A DNA stretch of 64,000 nt, from NCBI RefSeq assembly GCF_026210795.1, contig NC_089432.1, positions 2,976,001 to 3,040,000 on the forward strand, given 5' to 3'. The notes under the pieces were generated by a model that did not search any database, was not told the origin of the DNA, and was given only the letters and a program-made list of their open reading frames with translations. The stretch comes from Rhizophagus irregularis (taxonomy: Eukaryota). The translations under genes were made by a program, and so were the position numbers. This document shows, piece by piece, positions 33,574 through 48,061 of the stretch; within the stretch, counting starts at the first letter, position 1; every line of letters starts with the position of its first letter.

Positions 33574-34692
33574 ATAAATATTGTTACTAACATTTAAACA
33601 AAAAACTTAGTGAATACTATCAAAGAGATTCTGATTGACTTCCAGCAACTCTTATTAGCTTTCATTACCTCTTACACATAGCATATTCAATTCAAGAAAC
33701 AGGTCCACTATGGGCAACATGGCAATTTCCGATAGAGAGGCTATTTGGAATGTTAATACCTTTGGTCCATTCTAGACAGCATCCATATACAAACCTAATA
33801 AATCAGATAACTATGTGGTTACAATTTGCACACTTGCAATACTATTCTGAATATAATCAGAAGGTTTTAAATATTTTTCAAAAAGGTCCATTAGAACATG
33901 CTTTTAGTTTTTCAAATACTAGAGAAAAATTGCATCCTCCATTTCAAAAGTATAATGTGACAAATTCAGAGATTCAAAAGGTTAAGCAATATTATGCTAC
34001 TGTGTTAAATTTGGCAATAAATGACATAGGTGTATGTATCTATATTTATATAATTGACATTACAAGAATCTTAATTTTAAATACAAAAATTGATTAAATT
34101 TAGGTAATTACCGAACATATCCAAAAGTATGGCAAGTTGCAAACTGAATCTGGGGTAATAATTGGCTCAAAACTTGCTAATCGCAAATGAGATATAGTGC
34201 GAAATAACTATTCAATTGCTGTAAGAAAATTTTTAAATTATATTATTTTAAATCATTCTGCTAATATTTTATTATTATATAGGCAAAACTTCTGGTTGAC
34301 AAAAATGCACATTTACCAAGAGCACCTGTTGATTTTGAAGAGCGTGAATTTTATAGTCAAATCTTATTTTATTTTGTATATAAACTTAATAATGAGTTAT
34401 CGATGCTTGCATTTGTGCAATGGATAAGAAACCCAGAAAAATTAAGCAACAACATACTATTTTTTCGCTACTTTGGTGAAACAAGTGTTGTTAATGTGGC
34501 TGCTATTGATTGTTGTGTGGGATTTCTTGAAATAGCAGTAAATAAGTTTATTATAATTGATAGAGAAAATCATATTTCATTTAGATAAAAACTTAGTATT
34601 ATTCAGGTTATAATTTTAGTGCAATCAGATTGTTATTTAAAATCAATATCAATTTTCAGAGTTCCTATAAAAAGTATTATACTTAAAATATA

Positions 34693-34878
34693 CAGTCGTC
34701 CTCCCATATAGTCACCCCCTGTATAATCACAACTCCCTTATAAGCACATTTACATTAATCCCAAGTTACTAATAAACTTATTAAAAAAACCTTCCCTTTA
34801 ATCACATCATATATAATTTTTATAGTCACACCATTTTTTTTTGGTCCCGAAGGGTGTGATTATATGGGAGGATGACTG
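34693..34878. mobile_element. Tc1/mariner-like MITE, TA TSD
   Basis: ta|cagtcgtcctcccatatagtcac...gtgattatatgggaggatgactg|ta. Confidence 0.85.
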
Positions 34879-35310
34879 TACTTAAAATATATTTAAAATA
34901 TACTTAATTTAAAAATTGCAAAATACTTATAATATATTTTTAATATATCTAAAATATACTTAAAATTATCTTAAAATATATGTCTAATATATTTAATTTT
35001 TGCCCATATACTTAAAATATATTTAAATTATATTTAAATTAAAATTTAAGTATATTATAAGATTATTATAAGTATATTTTTTACATACTTAAAATATACT
35101 TAAAATATATTATGAAATATATTATAAGAATATTTTAAGTATGTAAAAAATATATCTATAATATACTTAAATTTTAATTTAAATATAATTTAAGTATATT
35201 TTAAGTATTTGGGCAAAAATTAAATATATTAGAAATATATTTTAAGATGATTTTAAAATTTTAAATACATTTTAAGTATATTATAAGTATTTTGCAATTT
35301 TTAAATTAAA

Positions 35311-35510
35311 CACACGTCAAATGATCAAAAATAGGCAAAAAAAATGGCGCAAATCGCATAAACTATTCACAAATTTGTATAAACTATTTACAAATAGTAT
35401 AGGTTAATTCATAAATAGCTAAAAACAGCCAAGAATAGCCAAGAATAGCCAAGAATAGCCACTGCTTTTCGCGCCATTTTTTTTGCCGATTTTTAGCATT
35501 TCGACCTGTG
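35311..35510. mobile_element. CAC-ended MITE, sister of 28673-28862, TSD AAA
   Basis: aaa|cacacgtcaaatgatc...gcatttcgacctgtg|aaa; has one more aagaatagcc unit than the pPolB copy. Confidence 0.88.
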
Positions 35511-38444
35511 AAATATATTTTAAGTATATTTTAAATATATTTTAAAAAGTTTTTAATTATATTTTAAATATAAATACTTTTTATAGGGAGTATAATTGGA
35601 ATATTTTCAAACTATTTTCAGAATTTTTACTAAAAATTTTCTTATATTGAATTTCTAAATTTTGACTAAAAATACCATTTACAGTGTAATCGGAATGTTT
35701 TCAATGTTTTTCGGAATACTTTTAAAATATCTGGAAAATAATCGGAGTACTATATTGAATAAAATTTTTTATAAAGATATCAATTTTGTGTTGATTTACA
35801 AAAAATAAGAGGTGAAAATTAATTGTTAAATACTATATCTGTTATCATGATCACTGTATCCATACTATCACATCATACTTTAATTCCCATTATCTTGCGA
35901 GGTTTTCTTTTTATGTCTCTATAACGTAATGTGTCTATCCGGAATGATCATCTTTGTATGGTACGATTTCTTCTACAAATATAATTATGAAATCACTAGT
36001 TATTGAATGAATAAATGAATATATCGGTAAAAACAAACCCATTTTTGTTTGTATTATAAAAGACACTGTCTATATATAACGGGTGACTATTGGCATCATC
36101 ACAAGAGTTTTTTATAGTAATATGTCCGATGAGGCTATTAGGACACGTTTATTATATTTTTATTCCATGGGTTTATCTCATTTTGTATACCATGTAATCA
36201 AATACAAGTACAATAGTAATAGAAGAATAACTAATAGATCAGGACAAAAAAATTTCAATCTCCACTTCTCACAAAAATACCTAGTAATATATTTACTTCG
36301 GAATATACGATATTGTTACGCGGAATGTTGATCGATCTGTACCATGTAGAAACTTCAGTAGGAGAATCAAATGATCGGCAGCGTAACGGTGTAATTTACA
36401 CATAGTATAATTTATATAAAGTATAATTTATATTTAGTATAATTTATACCAAAATCATGAATAATATATATAGAATGGGCGAACGGTAAGGAAGACAGAG
36501 TTTAGAAAGGTTTTATTTTAATAGGTTGGTTTTATCGGTAATATTGCAGATCACCGGTAGAGGCAGCAATATTTTATTTATTATGATTATTGAATTTATT
36601 ATGTATTAGTATTTATTTATTTGTAATGTTTCATTTATTTAAGTTATTGCTTATTTGAATAAAGATACACTTTAAATTATATCAGATATATATACTTTAA
36701 GTTTACATATACACCTTATTTTTGTGATAAATATAATATGAATTTCTGTTACTATCACGTGACTTTGATGCAAATCGATAGTAACAATATATTGCTGATA
36801 ACGGTGATAGGAATTCCATAAAAATGTTGCGGACTGAGTACAAAAATGGAAGTTTCGGTGTTTCACATAATTTCCACATATTCCTCAATAATCAACTTTT
36901 AATCTTGAGTTGTAGCATAGTATTCATTATTTAAAACGGAAGATATAGAAGCAATAATTAACTACATTATCCTTCCATAGGCACTCTTCGGTATGATTTA
37001 TCTTTAATACGTCATCTAACAACCAGAACCAATAACCCGTTACTTATCATTTGTGTATAGACAAAGTATCTAATGATATAACTCCATTTTCATGATCATT
37101 ATATTCGTGTTATAACAATACCATAATAATGTATCACACCGTTATTAACAGAGAGAATAGTTTGGAGTCCAGACATTAGAATTACAGTATATTTTGAAAT
37201 AAATCATTTTCGCTCAACTATATTACTATATGTTATATACAACCCACACTATAACATATTAACATTTTAGTCTCTCTCGAAAATTGTTATTACAATGTCA
37301 ATCTCAATTAGTCTTTAGACCTTCCAAAGGAAGTGAAATAAGACCACCTATAGAATATGTATCTCATATTTACTTATTACTGAGATAATATCCATGTCCG
37401 TTTGTTATCATTGCTGCTTTTTCTACATTTCAAGCGTCTTTTAGATGTTTCTGAACAATCCAGGGTTAGAGACTGATCTTAACCCCACTAGTGTATTCTG
37501 TAGCTTACAGTTTTATTCTATGTTAACATGATGGACCGTGAGCATGATAAAAAGGAAAATCCAAAGAAATCAGACTCATATTCCTTGTATAAACGTTATC
37601 GAATTTTTCTCTAATGATATCCCTGGTACTCCACACTAAGCGTCTTGCCCTATGAACCTAGGTTCCTAGAACCTCCTCTGTTAACAGCGTGGTTGAGTGG
37701 CAAGACGATCACTATTTACTATACGGACTTTCTGTCTGCTCGTTTGTTAAATGATTGTCTTATATTCTGTTACTTAGAAAGGGTGTCCTTCAAAACTATA
37801 CAATAATATTCCTATTGGTATCGGCCAGATATTATGAATAATAAAAATATATTGACTATTTATCACGTAAAACATTATCCTAATAATCATTTGAATTGCA
37901 AAGCAACACAGGACCAGCTCTAAAAGTAAATATTGACGGCAAAATCATATGTTATGAAAGGCTGAGGACTTTGTAGTTTCAAGATCAACAAGAACTAACT
38001 ACCTTTGCATCTCTCTGGTAGATCTCCATTGAAAATTCCATTTGCATGTGCTTTCATAGAGTTCTTGGCATTAGACAACAATATTAATTACGCCTTATAC
38101 CTCCTTATCTTTTCCCAGCAAAATATATAAAGCATGTAGGTGTATGTGGAAGTTCAGCCAACTTTCCTTCCCAGAAAAAATAACGCAAAATAAGGTATGT
38201 ATATCATAGCATAAATTATATATGTATGGGAGCGAGTTTTTTCTCACTATGGGCCTTCAGTTGTTTTTAGGAACGCAATATTTCTGATAAGGCTGAAGTG
38301 CCTGATAAGTCCAAAACATCCGATAAATCAAAATTTGACAACTTGGAGACATTACTCTCAACTGCCGCCTTTACAGAAACCTTCAATTTTTCCAAATATG
38401 TTTGATATATCACTGATAGATAGCATTTATAAATATAACATATT

Positions 38445-38895
38445 ATCATATATGAAATATTGTTAATATATAGTTAACATACAAGCAAAATATATTAATA
38501 ATATGTTCTTTATATGCCTAAATTCATATTAAAAATAAAATATAGCAAACGCATGTCTAAAATATATTCAAGATATGTTCGCCATATGCCAAAATTCATA
38601 TTAAAAGCAAAATATAAACAAAATATGAGTAACATATAATTGTAATGTGTTTGATATATTCCAAAAATACATATTAAGATAAATAAAGTTAACATATAAG
38701 CAAAATATATTGATAATATGTTCTTTATATGCCGAAATTCATATTAAAAACAAAATATAACTAATGTATATCTAAAATACATTCGAGATATGCTCTTTAT
38801 ATACTGAAATTCATATTAAAAGCAAAATATAAGCAATATATGACTAACATATAATTGTAACGCATTGGATATATTCCAAAAATATATATTAAATT
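38445..38895. repeat. Two diverged ~220-bp tandem copies
   Basis: gttaacata(c/t)aagcaaaatatatt..taatatgttctttatatgcc recurs at about 38472 and 38688. Confidence 0.7.
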
Positions 38896-40084
38896 TACAT
38901 GTTTTGTTTTAAATATGATGTTAAAATTTACTTTATTATCTTTCCAGCTACAGCTACTGAACAATACAAATAAGATACAACATTTTTTTGCTAAGTAAGT
39001 CTTTGACTTTTAATTAAAGAAAATTTTGATAAACAAAAAAAGTTTTTTTGCTTTAGAAGGAATGGAAACTGAAGGATTCAGCAAAATTCATAACCCAAAT
39101 GAAAAACTGAAAGGAAAATTGTTTTTCAAACTGAAGTGAAGGATGATACTTAGAATAAATTTGAAAGAAATTAAATGAGGATAATGTTAATCACAATCCA
39201 AGAATTCTCAGACTGGTAATGATTTAACAACCCCAAGTTTTGTTGGAATTTTTAAATCAATTGTATATTTGTCAAGTCTTTAATAATGGATTGTGTGACT
39301 TCTTCATTTTCCATTGCTGTAATTATATTATATCTTTAACAGCCTATTAAACAAAAGTACTAAGTTTATTGACAATTACTCCATCTTTTTTCAATGTTTG
39401 CTGATCTGGTACTTTTAAATGTACAGTTAGAACTCGATATAACAAACCTTCTGTTCAAGGCTTCAAGCTATTTTGGATCATTATATTGAATATTCGATAA
39501 ATCAAATATTTTTATTATATTGATTTATATATTAAAAGTATAAAAATTGGTATATCTAAAAAAGATATATCAATATAAAATCAAATTTATCACTTTAAAA
39601 TGTGTTTATAATATCAATAGTTCAATACAATGTTATCATACAAAAACTTGTAAATAGATGTGAGACTTGGAGATATTAGGTGCTGATGTGTTGAATAGTG
39701 CTGGCCGAGACTAAGTTAATTCCGGCTGGAATTAGGATGGTATCAGTTTATCGTGAATAAATAAGTATGACTGATTTATGATTAACTTCGTTAGTATACT
39801 GGAATAATTGTGCATCTGTCACAAAGTTATCTATATCATATGGTTCATTTGTACTATTTTAAATGTTCAGTTAGTTTGATAATATAAAAGTAGTTAGCAC
39901 ATTATATTTAATATATTGTCAATACGTATTTTTTATTTAATGAAATAAATTCTTTTGCTAATTGGATAAGATTCGTATGAAGTTTATATTGGTAATTAAT
40001 CAAAACAACCATACTATAATTAAATTAATAATATGTTTAATTTGTATTTGTAATCTATAATAGTATAAATTAACATTTTGAATT

Positions 40085-40290
40085 AACGGCTATAAATAGT
40101 TTATCAGAAGCTTATTATTGAACTACCGAAAAAAAATTTTCGCGTTTTTTTAACAGTTATAAATAGTTTATCAGAAGTTTATTGAAAAAAAAATTTCATG
40201 TTTTTTTTTAAGAATTAATAGCTATAAATAGTTTATCAGAAGTTTATTGTTTGGAATTTCTGAAAAAAAAATTTTCTCACTTTTTTTTAA
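40085..40290. repeat. Three ~65-bp tandem copies
   Basis: tataaatagtttatcagaag at about 40091, 40157 and 40223. Confidence 0.75.
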
Positions 40291-40689
40291 AAATAAGACG
40301 TTTAAAGACCAACTGTCCATGTGCAATAATACCAAAATTACATGTTAAAGCTAAAAAATTACAATATGAAGGATCTTTTATAAATGATACGAAAAATGTT
40401 ATTCCTTTCAAAGATATACAGACAATGATATAGAAAATTCAGCCATTTCTCCAGATAATGTGGATACTAATAATATATCTGAAAAAGAATTACTGTAGCT
40501 TATGAGAAGCCAGCTGATGAAGAGTCAGGTTCAACTGGCAAAAAATCACCAGAAAAAGCAAACGAAGTTAGTATATATGTATATATTAATTCTGAAATTG
40601 CAGTACTGTAAACATTATAAACGATTTGTAAATATACAATAAGGAGTTACTAATATATAACTTTACTATAAACTATTTCAAGGAATCTG

Positions 40690-40900
40690 ATTATATGAAT
40701 ATTGATGACTCGTACAGGTCATTACTTGACGTTATGGAAGAAGTTCCAGTGAATACTAGAAATGTATTGAAAGAAGAATCTTCTGATTTTAAAGGTTTTG
40801 ATGGTGAATACAGCCCATACTTTCCAAATTTTATCTGCAATGGTTTTAATGGTTTTTATCTGGATCACAAAATATATCATTGCTTTCTGCTGTGTGTGAC
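40690..40900 (+). pseudogene. Possible remnant of a CMC/Plavaka-type transposon gene
   Basis: FKGFDGEYSPYFPNF followed by a frameshift. Resemblance is from recall only. Confidence 0.3.
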
Positions 40901-43900
40901 CAACTAATTTTATATAGCAACATCTGCGTATTAGGCTAACCAAAATTATATTTTAACCAGATTTTATTATAATCCAGTATAGGTTTTATTTTCTTATTAT
41001 ATTACTCATCTACTGAAGAAAAAAATTGCGTTCTAATTATGACTAAAGGTGAGAATTAAATTGTGTATCCTCAATTTACTGATAGTTCTCATTAATTCAT
41101 TAATTTCTATACAGTAGTTATGAAAGAAATCCATTAAGTCATGTTCAGATTTTATTAGAGGAAGTTTACCTTTGGAAAATTAAATCAGAGGAAACCAACA
41201 GAAAAATATTTCTATTATATTTTTGACACGTAATTATGCATTCTATAGTACTATATGGTATATAATATGACATTATTTTTTTTGTTAGTAACACGCATTT
41301 CTTTATTAAATTTATATGGTGATGGTACAAGAAATTTTAGGACAAGAAATAGATAGAGGCAGTCTCTATTTACTAACTCCATAGCAAAGATATATCACGT
41401 GATGAATTAATTTTGTGCTGAAAATTTGTTGCGTCACGTCCGAAAAATTCCACGAATTCATTGCTGAAGCAATACTACAAAAAGGCTAACATATAAAACT
41501 ACTCTTGATAAGTCTAAACTATAACTGAACTAACATCTACCTTTACGACCATAATATGTACCTTTACCTTTACTTCTACCTTTACCTTTCTCTCGAGAAA
41601 CTATCCATCCTTTACCTTTGTTATCTTAGTTTAGTGTCTTCTACAGTTCTACTATCCTCTTATTCTCCAATTATACGCTTCTCAAACTTTTCAATATAAT
41701 CTGTATCAGTTTTCGTTTTTGTTGTAGGTCAAGTAACCTTGTTAAGCAACGCTATGATATTTCTCAAGTTCTATTGGAGTGACTGTTCTTGTATTGGTAA
41801 TATTTTCCTTAAGTTGGCTCACTTCAAGTTCATTTCCGCAAGATATTCTTCCATCTCTTTTCTTTGTTCTTCTATTTTCAATAGAGATTTATTTTTTATG
41901 TCTTCCTTTTCATTACTATTTCTAAGTTGACCAATTTCTAGGACTACCTGTTCCGGTGAAGTATAATCGTTTATTGAAGTTAATTGGATTTGTGGTGGAT
42001 CTTAGTCCAGTAAATTCTTCCTGAAGTTATTTACCGTCAGTATCAACGACCTTATCTATTGTTGGTGTTGATATTGCTGACGGCAACTTATTATCTAGCT
42101 CAGCATGGGCAGTGGATTATATACTATGACATTATATTATCGACATATTACTATTAGTCACTGTTATTATATTTCGGCATGTAATTATTATATTATTTAC
42201 ATAATTTTGCGATATTATTTAGATATAATAGACATATAAATGTTATAAAAGGAGTAATAGTATATTTTAATATATGGTCGTCATATAAAATTAATTTTCT
42301 AAATATACTTCCAATACATGTTTGATATATGGTTGATATATTGTATAAAATTGAATTTCATAATTACATTTCTAATATGTGCTTGATATATGATTTTCAT
42401 ATAATATATATAAGTCCGGAACATATTTTTTATATATGATTGTCAAATTTTCGTGTAATATTTTCTACATATTGTAAGCATATAGTTAGAACGAAAATAA
42501 CAGAAATAATAAAATAATATGACTACATATTTAGGATAATTGAAAGTTTCTGTAAAGTGTTTCATTCCTGGCGAGATATTTTCGAAGTAACAATATCTAA
42601 TGCTAATAACAATCGATTTTCTTCTCTCGCGGAGGCATCAGAACCTGTCGTCTAGATCATAGATTCAACCAAGTTGGTTTTATATAACAGATAAGGTCGG
42701 GTTCATATCTGATAGCATCGTAATCCACAACTTAACAACTTTTCCTATACAACCCACTTAAATTTTTCGGCGACAATGTTATTGTGTATCCTCCTACTGA
42801 AACAGTGCCAGAGGTACTAAGCAAGGATAATTAGTATTTTTTATTCGCGAACTATTCGTAATTTTTGTGTATTATTGCCCGAAGTAAGCGTAAAACTTGA
42901 TAAGTCACGTGTATAAAGATGCAACTCTGTACTACATATTAATTTTGATACAAAAAATCTTGCGATTCTGCCATTGCTGGAAGGAAATAGAACATTGGGT
43001 CCCACAAGCACTGGAAAGTACAATGATGTAATATTTGAATCTGAAACGCAACACATTAGATCAAATAATAAATGTAAAGATAGTGCTTTTAGTGTCTCTA
43101 AAAACGATCAAACGTAATCATCCAAAGCAATCTTTAATACTCTTCCAATCGAACGAATATCTAAGTCCTGATGATCTGATCAGCCTGTTAATCCTTATCG
43201 CAACTTTTACATGCCTCTGAAAACGAAGATGTATGTACTCGTTTAATTATAGTAGATACTTACAAATCTATTTTAATATTTTAGATTTGGAAGAAATCTA
43301 GAGAACGTTATTTCCTTCCAACTCCTGAAGGACTTAAACGAATAGTTATATGTTTATTTTCTTTTTGGGGATGAATGTCAATTTTGTAAAAAAAGATCGA
43401 AGCGAGTTAAGCTATGAGTGTATCAAAATGAGGACAACCAGTGAAACTAATTTACAATTAGTGGAATATCAATGAAACATTTCGAGCGGCTTTTTGAAAA
43501 AAGAAATCGTAGCTATATAAAAAAATATATTTCATTGAGACTTATTAAAAAGGTGGTGCGAGGTAATCAGGATAGAAAATGGGAAAAGTATGGAGACAGC
43601 TCAAACTTATCCAAGAAAATATGAATAACTATCATAATATACTTAAATTAGAGAGAAAATCCTCACGTAAGAAAATAATAATTATTTCAATAACATTTTT
43701 CATAGATTAGCATGATAGAATATGCTTAAATATGAATAAAGTTACTATGTATTGCGTATTTGCGTATCATATGGCAAATGTATACAATAAAACATAAACA
43801 TGAAAATATATTTTATTTAATGAGAAATTATTAATCAATAAAGGTAGCATTACAAAACAAACTGTGCTGATTTTTCAGTATCATTAGATTGGATGGCGTC

Positions 43901-44182
43901 TTGTTTGATTGTAGTATTCATATTGTGATGATTAATTAACGACGAACATTTAATCAAAGGATAAAAAAAAATACTTTCTTACGAGATCACAAAGCAAGAT
44001 AACAACAAGAAGCCTTATTTACAGATGAATTAAAGCATGGAATTATTTGTATTATTTTCGCGTGATATTGTAAGATAATAAATTATTGATATCTATTGCG
44101 CAAGAGAAGCATAAGCAAGCACGTTCCTAACTACATCCCTACATGTTTATAATAGTTCGTAAGCATGCTCGACATAAACCGG

Positions 44183-45193
44183 CTAATGACGCGGATCCCA
44201 AATTTCTAAAGCATTAAAAAGCTTAGTTAATGAAGTGACAAGATTTTTCTGTTCTTCTGGAAATGAATCTCTCAGCAATTGTTCTTTTGCATCTTTTATA
44301 GTTTGATCTGGACTTTTGTGGAATTTTTTATTGCTAAGTTGTTTTGTTTCAAACAATAACTTAAAGTCTTTAAATGACATTCCAACCTTTTCTAAAATTT
44401 CCTCTAATTTTTTGACACAAGAACATTGAGTGATATCTGTCTGATAAGTTCTGGCATCATCCATAGCTTCTTTAATTTCGTTAAATACATCTTCCCCTAG
44501 CTTCATTTTTAACTTCCGATTGAAGATTCCAATCCAATCCCTGTGTACACTTAATAATTTTGTCATTGCCTTGGTATCTTTTAACTCGTCCTGAGTCTTT
44601 TTCAACTCAGTCTTCATTTCACTTAGTTCATTACCAAGTCTTTCTTTTGTTTCATTAAGTATATTAGTTGTATTATTCAGATAAAGCTCAAGTCTATTTT
44701 TTGTTTCTTTTGAATCAGCTTTTGTTTCTTTTAAATCAGCTTTTGTTTCTTTTAAATCAGCTTTTGTTTCTTTTAACTCAAGCTCCGTTTTATCAAGTTT
44801 ATCTTTTGTTTCTTTTAAATCAGCTTTTGTTTCTTTTAAATCAGCTTTTGTTTCTTTTAAATCAAGCTCCGTTTTATCAAGTTTATCTTTTGTTTCTTTT
44901 AAATCAGCTTTTGTTTCTTTTAAATCAAGATCCGTTTTATCAAGTCTACTTTGTGTTTTATCAAGCTGATCAATCGATAATCCCATGAGAAGCATAGATT
45001 CATGTGAAATCTCCATATGACCTTCTGCTAATCGATGCAAGTTTCTTGAAGTACGATTCAAATTTTCAAAGCTCTCAACATTTTCAAATTGTGATATAAG
45101 TTTGTCATACATCACTTTCTCATCTTTATAATTTTTGCAGTTAGAGAGATGTCTTTCCTCTAAATTTGAAAATGTCATTTTTATTTCTGCCAT
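44183..45193 (-). CDS. Coiled-coil protein with internal 7-aa tandem repeats
   Basis: 336-aa intronless ATG ORF. ADLKETK and DKLDKTE heptads are encoded by 21-nt repeats at ~44690-44965. Confidence 0.85.
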   Translation of the reverse strand: MAEIKMTFSNLEERHLSNCKNYKDEKVMYDKLISQFENVESFENLNRTSRNLHRLAEGHMEISHESMLLMGLSIDQLDKTQSRLDKTDLDLKETKADLKETKDKLDKTELDLKETKADLKETKADLKETKDKLDKTELELKETKADLKETKADLKETKADSKETKNRLELYLNNTTNILNETKERLGNELSEMKTELKKTQDELKDTKAMTKLLSVHRDWIGIFNRKLKMKLGEDVFNEIKEAMDDARTYQTDITQCSCVKKLEEILEKVGMSFKDFKLLFETKQLSNKKFHKSPDQTIKDAKEQLLRDSFPEEQKNLVTSLTKLFNALEIWDPRH

Positions 45194-46889
45194 GGTATAC
45201 GTTTATATCGTTTATAGTAAAGGAAAATGTTCAATTTATAAGGCGTAATGGCGTATTTAAAGACATTTTCATCCCACGTGATCATATCGTCATATTGTCG
45301 ATTCCTGACTCATATTATTAATAAAAGCAATATTATGACTATTATGACGTAATAATGTTTATTTCAGGTTGTTTCACATTGTTAGTCCGAAGTGTAACGA
45401 AGTGTAACAAGGACTATATAATTATACGCAATTAGTCATACAATGTCCGTTTGTCCGTACGGTAAAAGTGTCATTCTTGATATGTCAATAATAAGAGCAA
45501 AAATATGTCTAACTTGTCGGATCTGTTGTTTTGTGACTAACATATTGTCTTCTTAACTCAGTAATGCTTCCTTTGTTCACACCCTCATCTATAATGAAAA
45601 ACCAATCATAGGCACTTCCAGTAGCCCGTGTGATATCCTTAAAACAAGCATCTGATTTGTCCATATTACACAATTCAAATTATTTATATACGGTAGTCTA
45701 AACATGACCAATTTTTTTTAGTTATATGGATTCTTAACTAGAGAGGTGTAAATCAAGAATTCACCACCATCACCAACATCACCACCACATAACTGCTATT
45801 TTATCATCATATTGTCTCTATTAGCATTATTTTATGCTGTTAAAAAATTATTATTTTACTATTATTAAATAAAATTAAAATTTATTTATTATTTTTTTAT
45901 TTTTTTTTAATTATAAACTATTTGGGTAAATGTACTGTATATCATTATTTAATAGACGTTAGATTGGAAAGGGGTTATTGGCTATTCTTTCAAGTCATTC
46001 ATGCTTCGGGAACAGTTATAAGAGCACTTCTTTCAAGTGCTGACATTTCAAGATTATTCCAGCTGAAACAGCTACTTTCATAAAATTCTTATTTTGTATA
46101 TTTTCACGTTCAAAACTTTTACTTTTAAAGCATTAAAATTAAAATCATATTTAACCATGGTTCTAGATAAGTTTTTGTCCATCGAGAGATTACAATAATG
46201 AATTATAATGTGATATTGAGAACCTATTTACATCAATATTGTAATCAAATTTACAGCAAATTGAGTTTATTCCACTTTAATTAACTTCTAACTTTTACAA
46301 CCCTACAATCAGAAAGCTTCACAAGGCAATTTTTGAAAACACTACTAAAGATTAGTTGGCCGTTAGAGTGGTACAATGCATTAAAAAAGGAAAAGTCAAT
46401 TTCGAGATAATGGAAAAATATATTATGTAAGCATGACTAAATGATGATTGGCGGAAACCTGGCGAGAACAAATTTTATTGTTAACGTTAACGTTAACATT
46501 AAAATTTCGTTCGTTCTGTTCATTTCTTAATACTGAATTTAAAACCAAGGCCCACCCATCACATTATGTCTTTTTATAACCTTTTTTATTTTTTTAAAAA
46601 AAAAATCAAAAATTAGATCATAGAATTACGTTATAAAAAAATTTGATCGGTAAAACTTACATTGTAAATGCTGTTCATATTAACGGTAAAACAAAAAAAA
46701 TTAGATTATGTAAAAATTAATGATAATTCTCTTGTAAAAATTAAATAATTTATTAAATTTATTAATTAAAAATGTAATATTTTTTTTGGAATATGTGAAG
46801 TGTAATTTTAGCTAATTGTTATATAAGAAAATTAAATAAAGTTGATTTACTATTTAAAGATAAAAAATTAATTTTTTTTAAATTCATTA

Positions 46890-47098
46890 CAGCAATATCC
46901 AAAATAAATGGGACACTTGAAAATTTTGTTGAGAACTTGTCGGGTGTCGGGTTGTCGGGTCCAATCATTTTACAGAATAATCACGTGATATCGTCTGCTT
47001 TATGAAATTGATTGGATGGCCAGAAACCCGGCAAGCCGACAACCTGGCAGATTCTCAACAACAAAATTTAAGTGTCCCGTTTATTTTGGATATTGCTG
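46890..47098. mobile_element. Tc1/mariner-like MITE, TA TSD
   Basis: ta|cagcaatatccaaaataaatgggacactt...aagtgtcccgtttattttggatattgctg|ta. Confidence 0.88.
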
Positions 47099-47798
47099 TA
47101 ATAATTTTTTTCTTGATTCTTTTCTAAAAAACTTCAGGTTTGGCATGATTCTATGATGATGTCACTTTTTTTTTTATTTATATATTTTTTTTCTTAGTAA
47201 AATTAGTAAACAAGTTTATTTAATAAAAATTAATAATTATGTATATTGATTTGTGATTTGTATAAATAATTTTTGTTTGACTATTAATTATTAGACAAAA
47301 GTTTCCATTTGTTAAACATTTACTTGTTTAGATTATGTAAGTATAGTTATGATTGGTTTGCCGAGCGTAGTATGACGCTAAATTAATATTGTCAGTTTTA
47401 TGTATAACAGATAAGAAAATTGTATGTATAATGTTTAATGAGTATAATATTAATATTTTTTATATATGCCCAACAGCTTAATTTTTTTAAATTTATTATA
47501 TTTATTTACATTTTTTTATTATATATTGTTATATTTATAAAATAATAGCTTTATCAAAGCATTAATTTTCTTGTTGTCCTTAATTAGAACTGATTGAATG
47601 ATTAATTTTTAGTATTCTAAGCTAATAATTAAACACTAATTTAGATTTAGTTCATGTTCCTTCTCAAGATTAGATGATTCCATTACACGAACTTTTGCTC
47701 CTCGTTCCCTTAAGTTCGTGTTCATTTCTCTTTCTTAAGATTCAAGCACTATTATTATTGTCACAATCAAACATCTGAATCAGAAATCACAATTGTCT

Positions 47799-48061
47799 CC
47801 CTATAAAAAAAGAGATACGTTTTTTATACTGAAAGATACGTTTTGTATACTGAGAGATACGTCTAGATACGTCTAGATACGTTTTGAGATACGGAAAAAT
47901 GCACAATTCCGTATCTTGCAAGACACGTTTTGTATACGGAGACACTGAAAAACGTATCATGTGAGATATTTAATTGTGTATTTTTCCGTATCTCAAAACG
48001 TATCTAGACGTATACAAAACGTATCTTTCAGTATAAAAAACGTATCTACTTTTTTATAGGG
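47799..48061. mobile_element. CCCTA-family MITE, TSD TCT
   Basis: tct|CCCTATAAAAAAAG...CTTTTTTATAGGG|tct, with gatacg/cgtatc subterminal repeats shared with 13239-14775. Confidence 0.9.

Larger units (their letters stand above)
31848..34588 (+). pseudogene. CACTA/CMC Tnp2-type (Transposase_21 + DUF4218-like) transposase, multi-exon and disrupted
   Basis: CYDAASQETFIL..SGDIPALSKVMCLSGHNAYYGCRFC, DIMHALFENI, FKAEDWYNWIVLYSLPLL, FHYLLHI..GPLWATWQFPIERLFG. Contains internal stops and two MITE insertions. Confidence 0.85.
34663..35588. mobile_element. CCCTA-family non-autonomous element, TSD AGT, with two nested MITEs
   Basis: agt|tcctataaaaagtat...atactttttataggg|agt, with a palindromic AT-rich interior. 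Confidence 0.75.

Noticed and set aside
36900..43650. Degraded non-LTR retrotransposon or other gene remnants (~37000-38200, 41500-42100, 42600-43600)
   Set aside because: Slightly higher GC and coding-like patches, but too many stops for me to read a diagnostic motif. Needs TBLASTN or HMM search.
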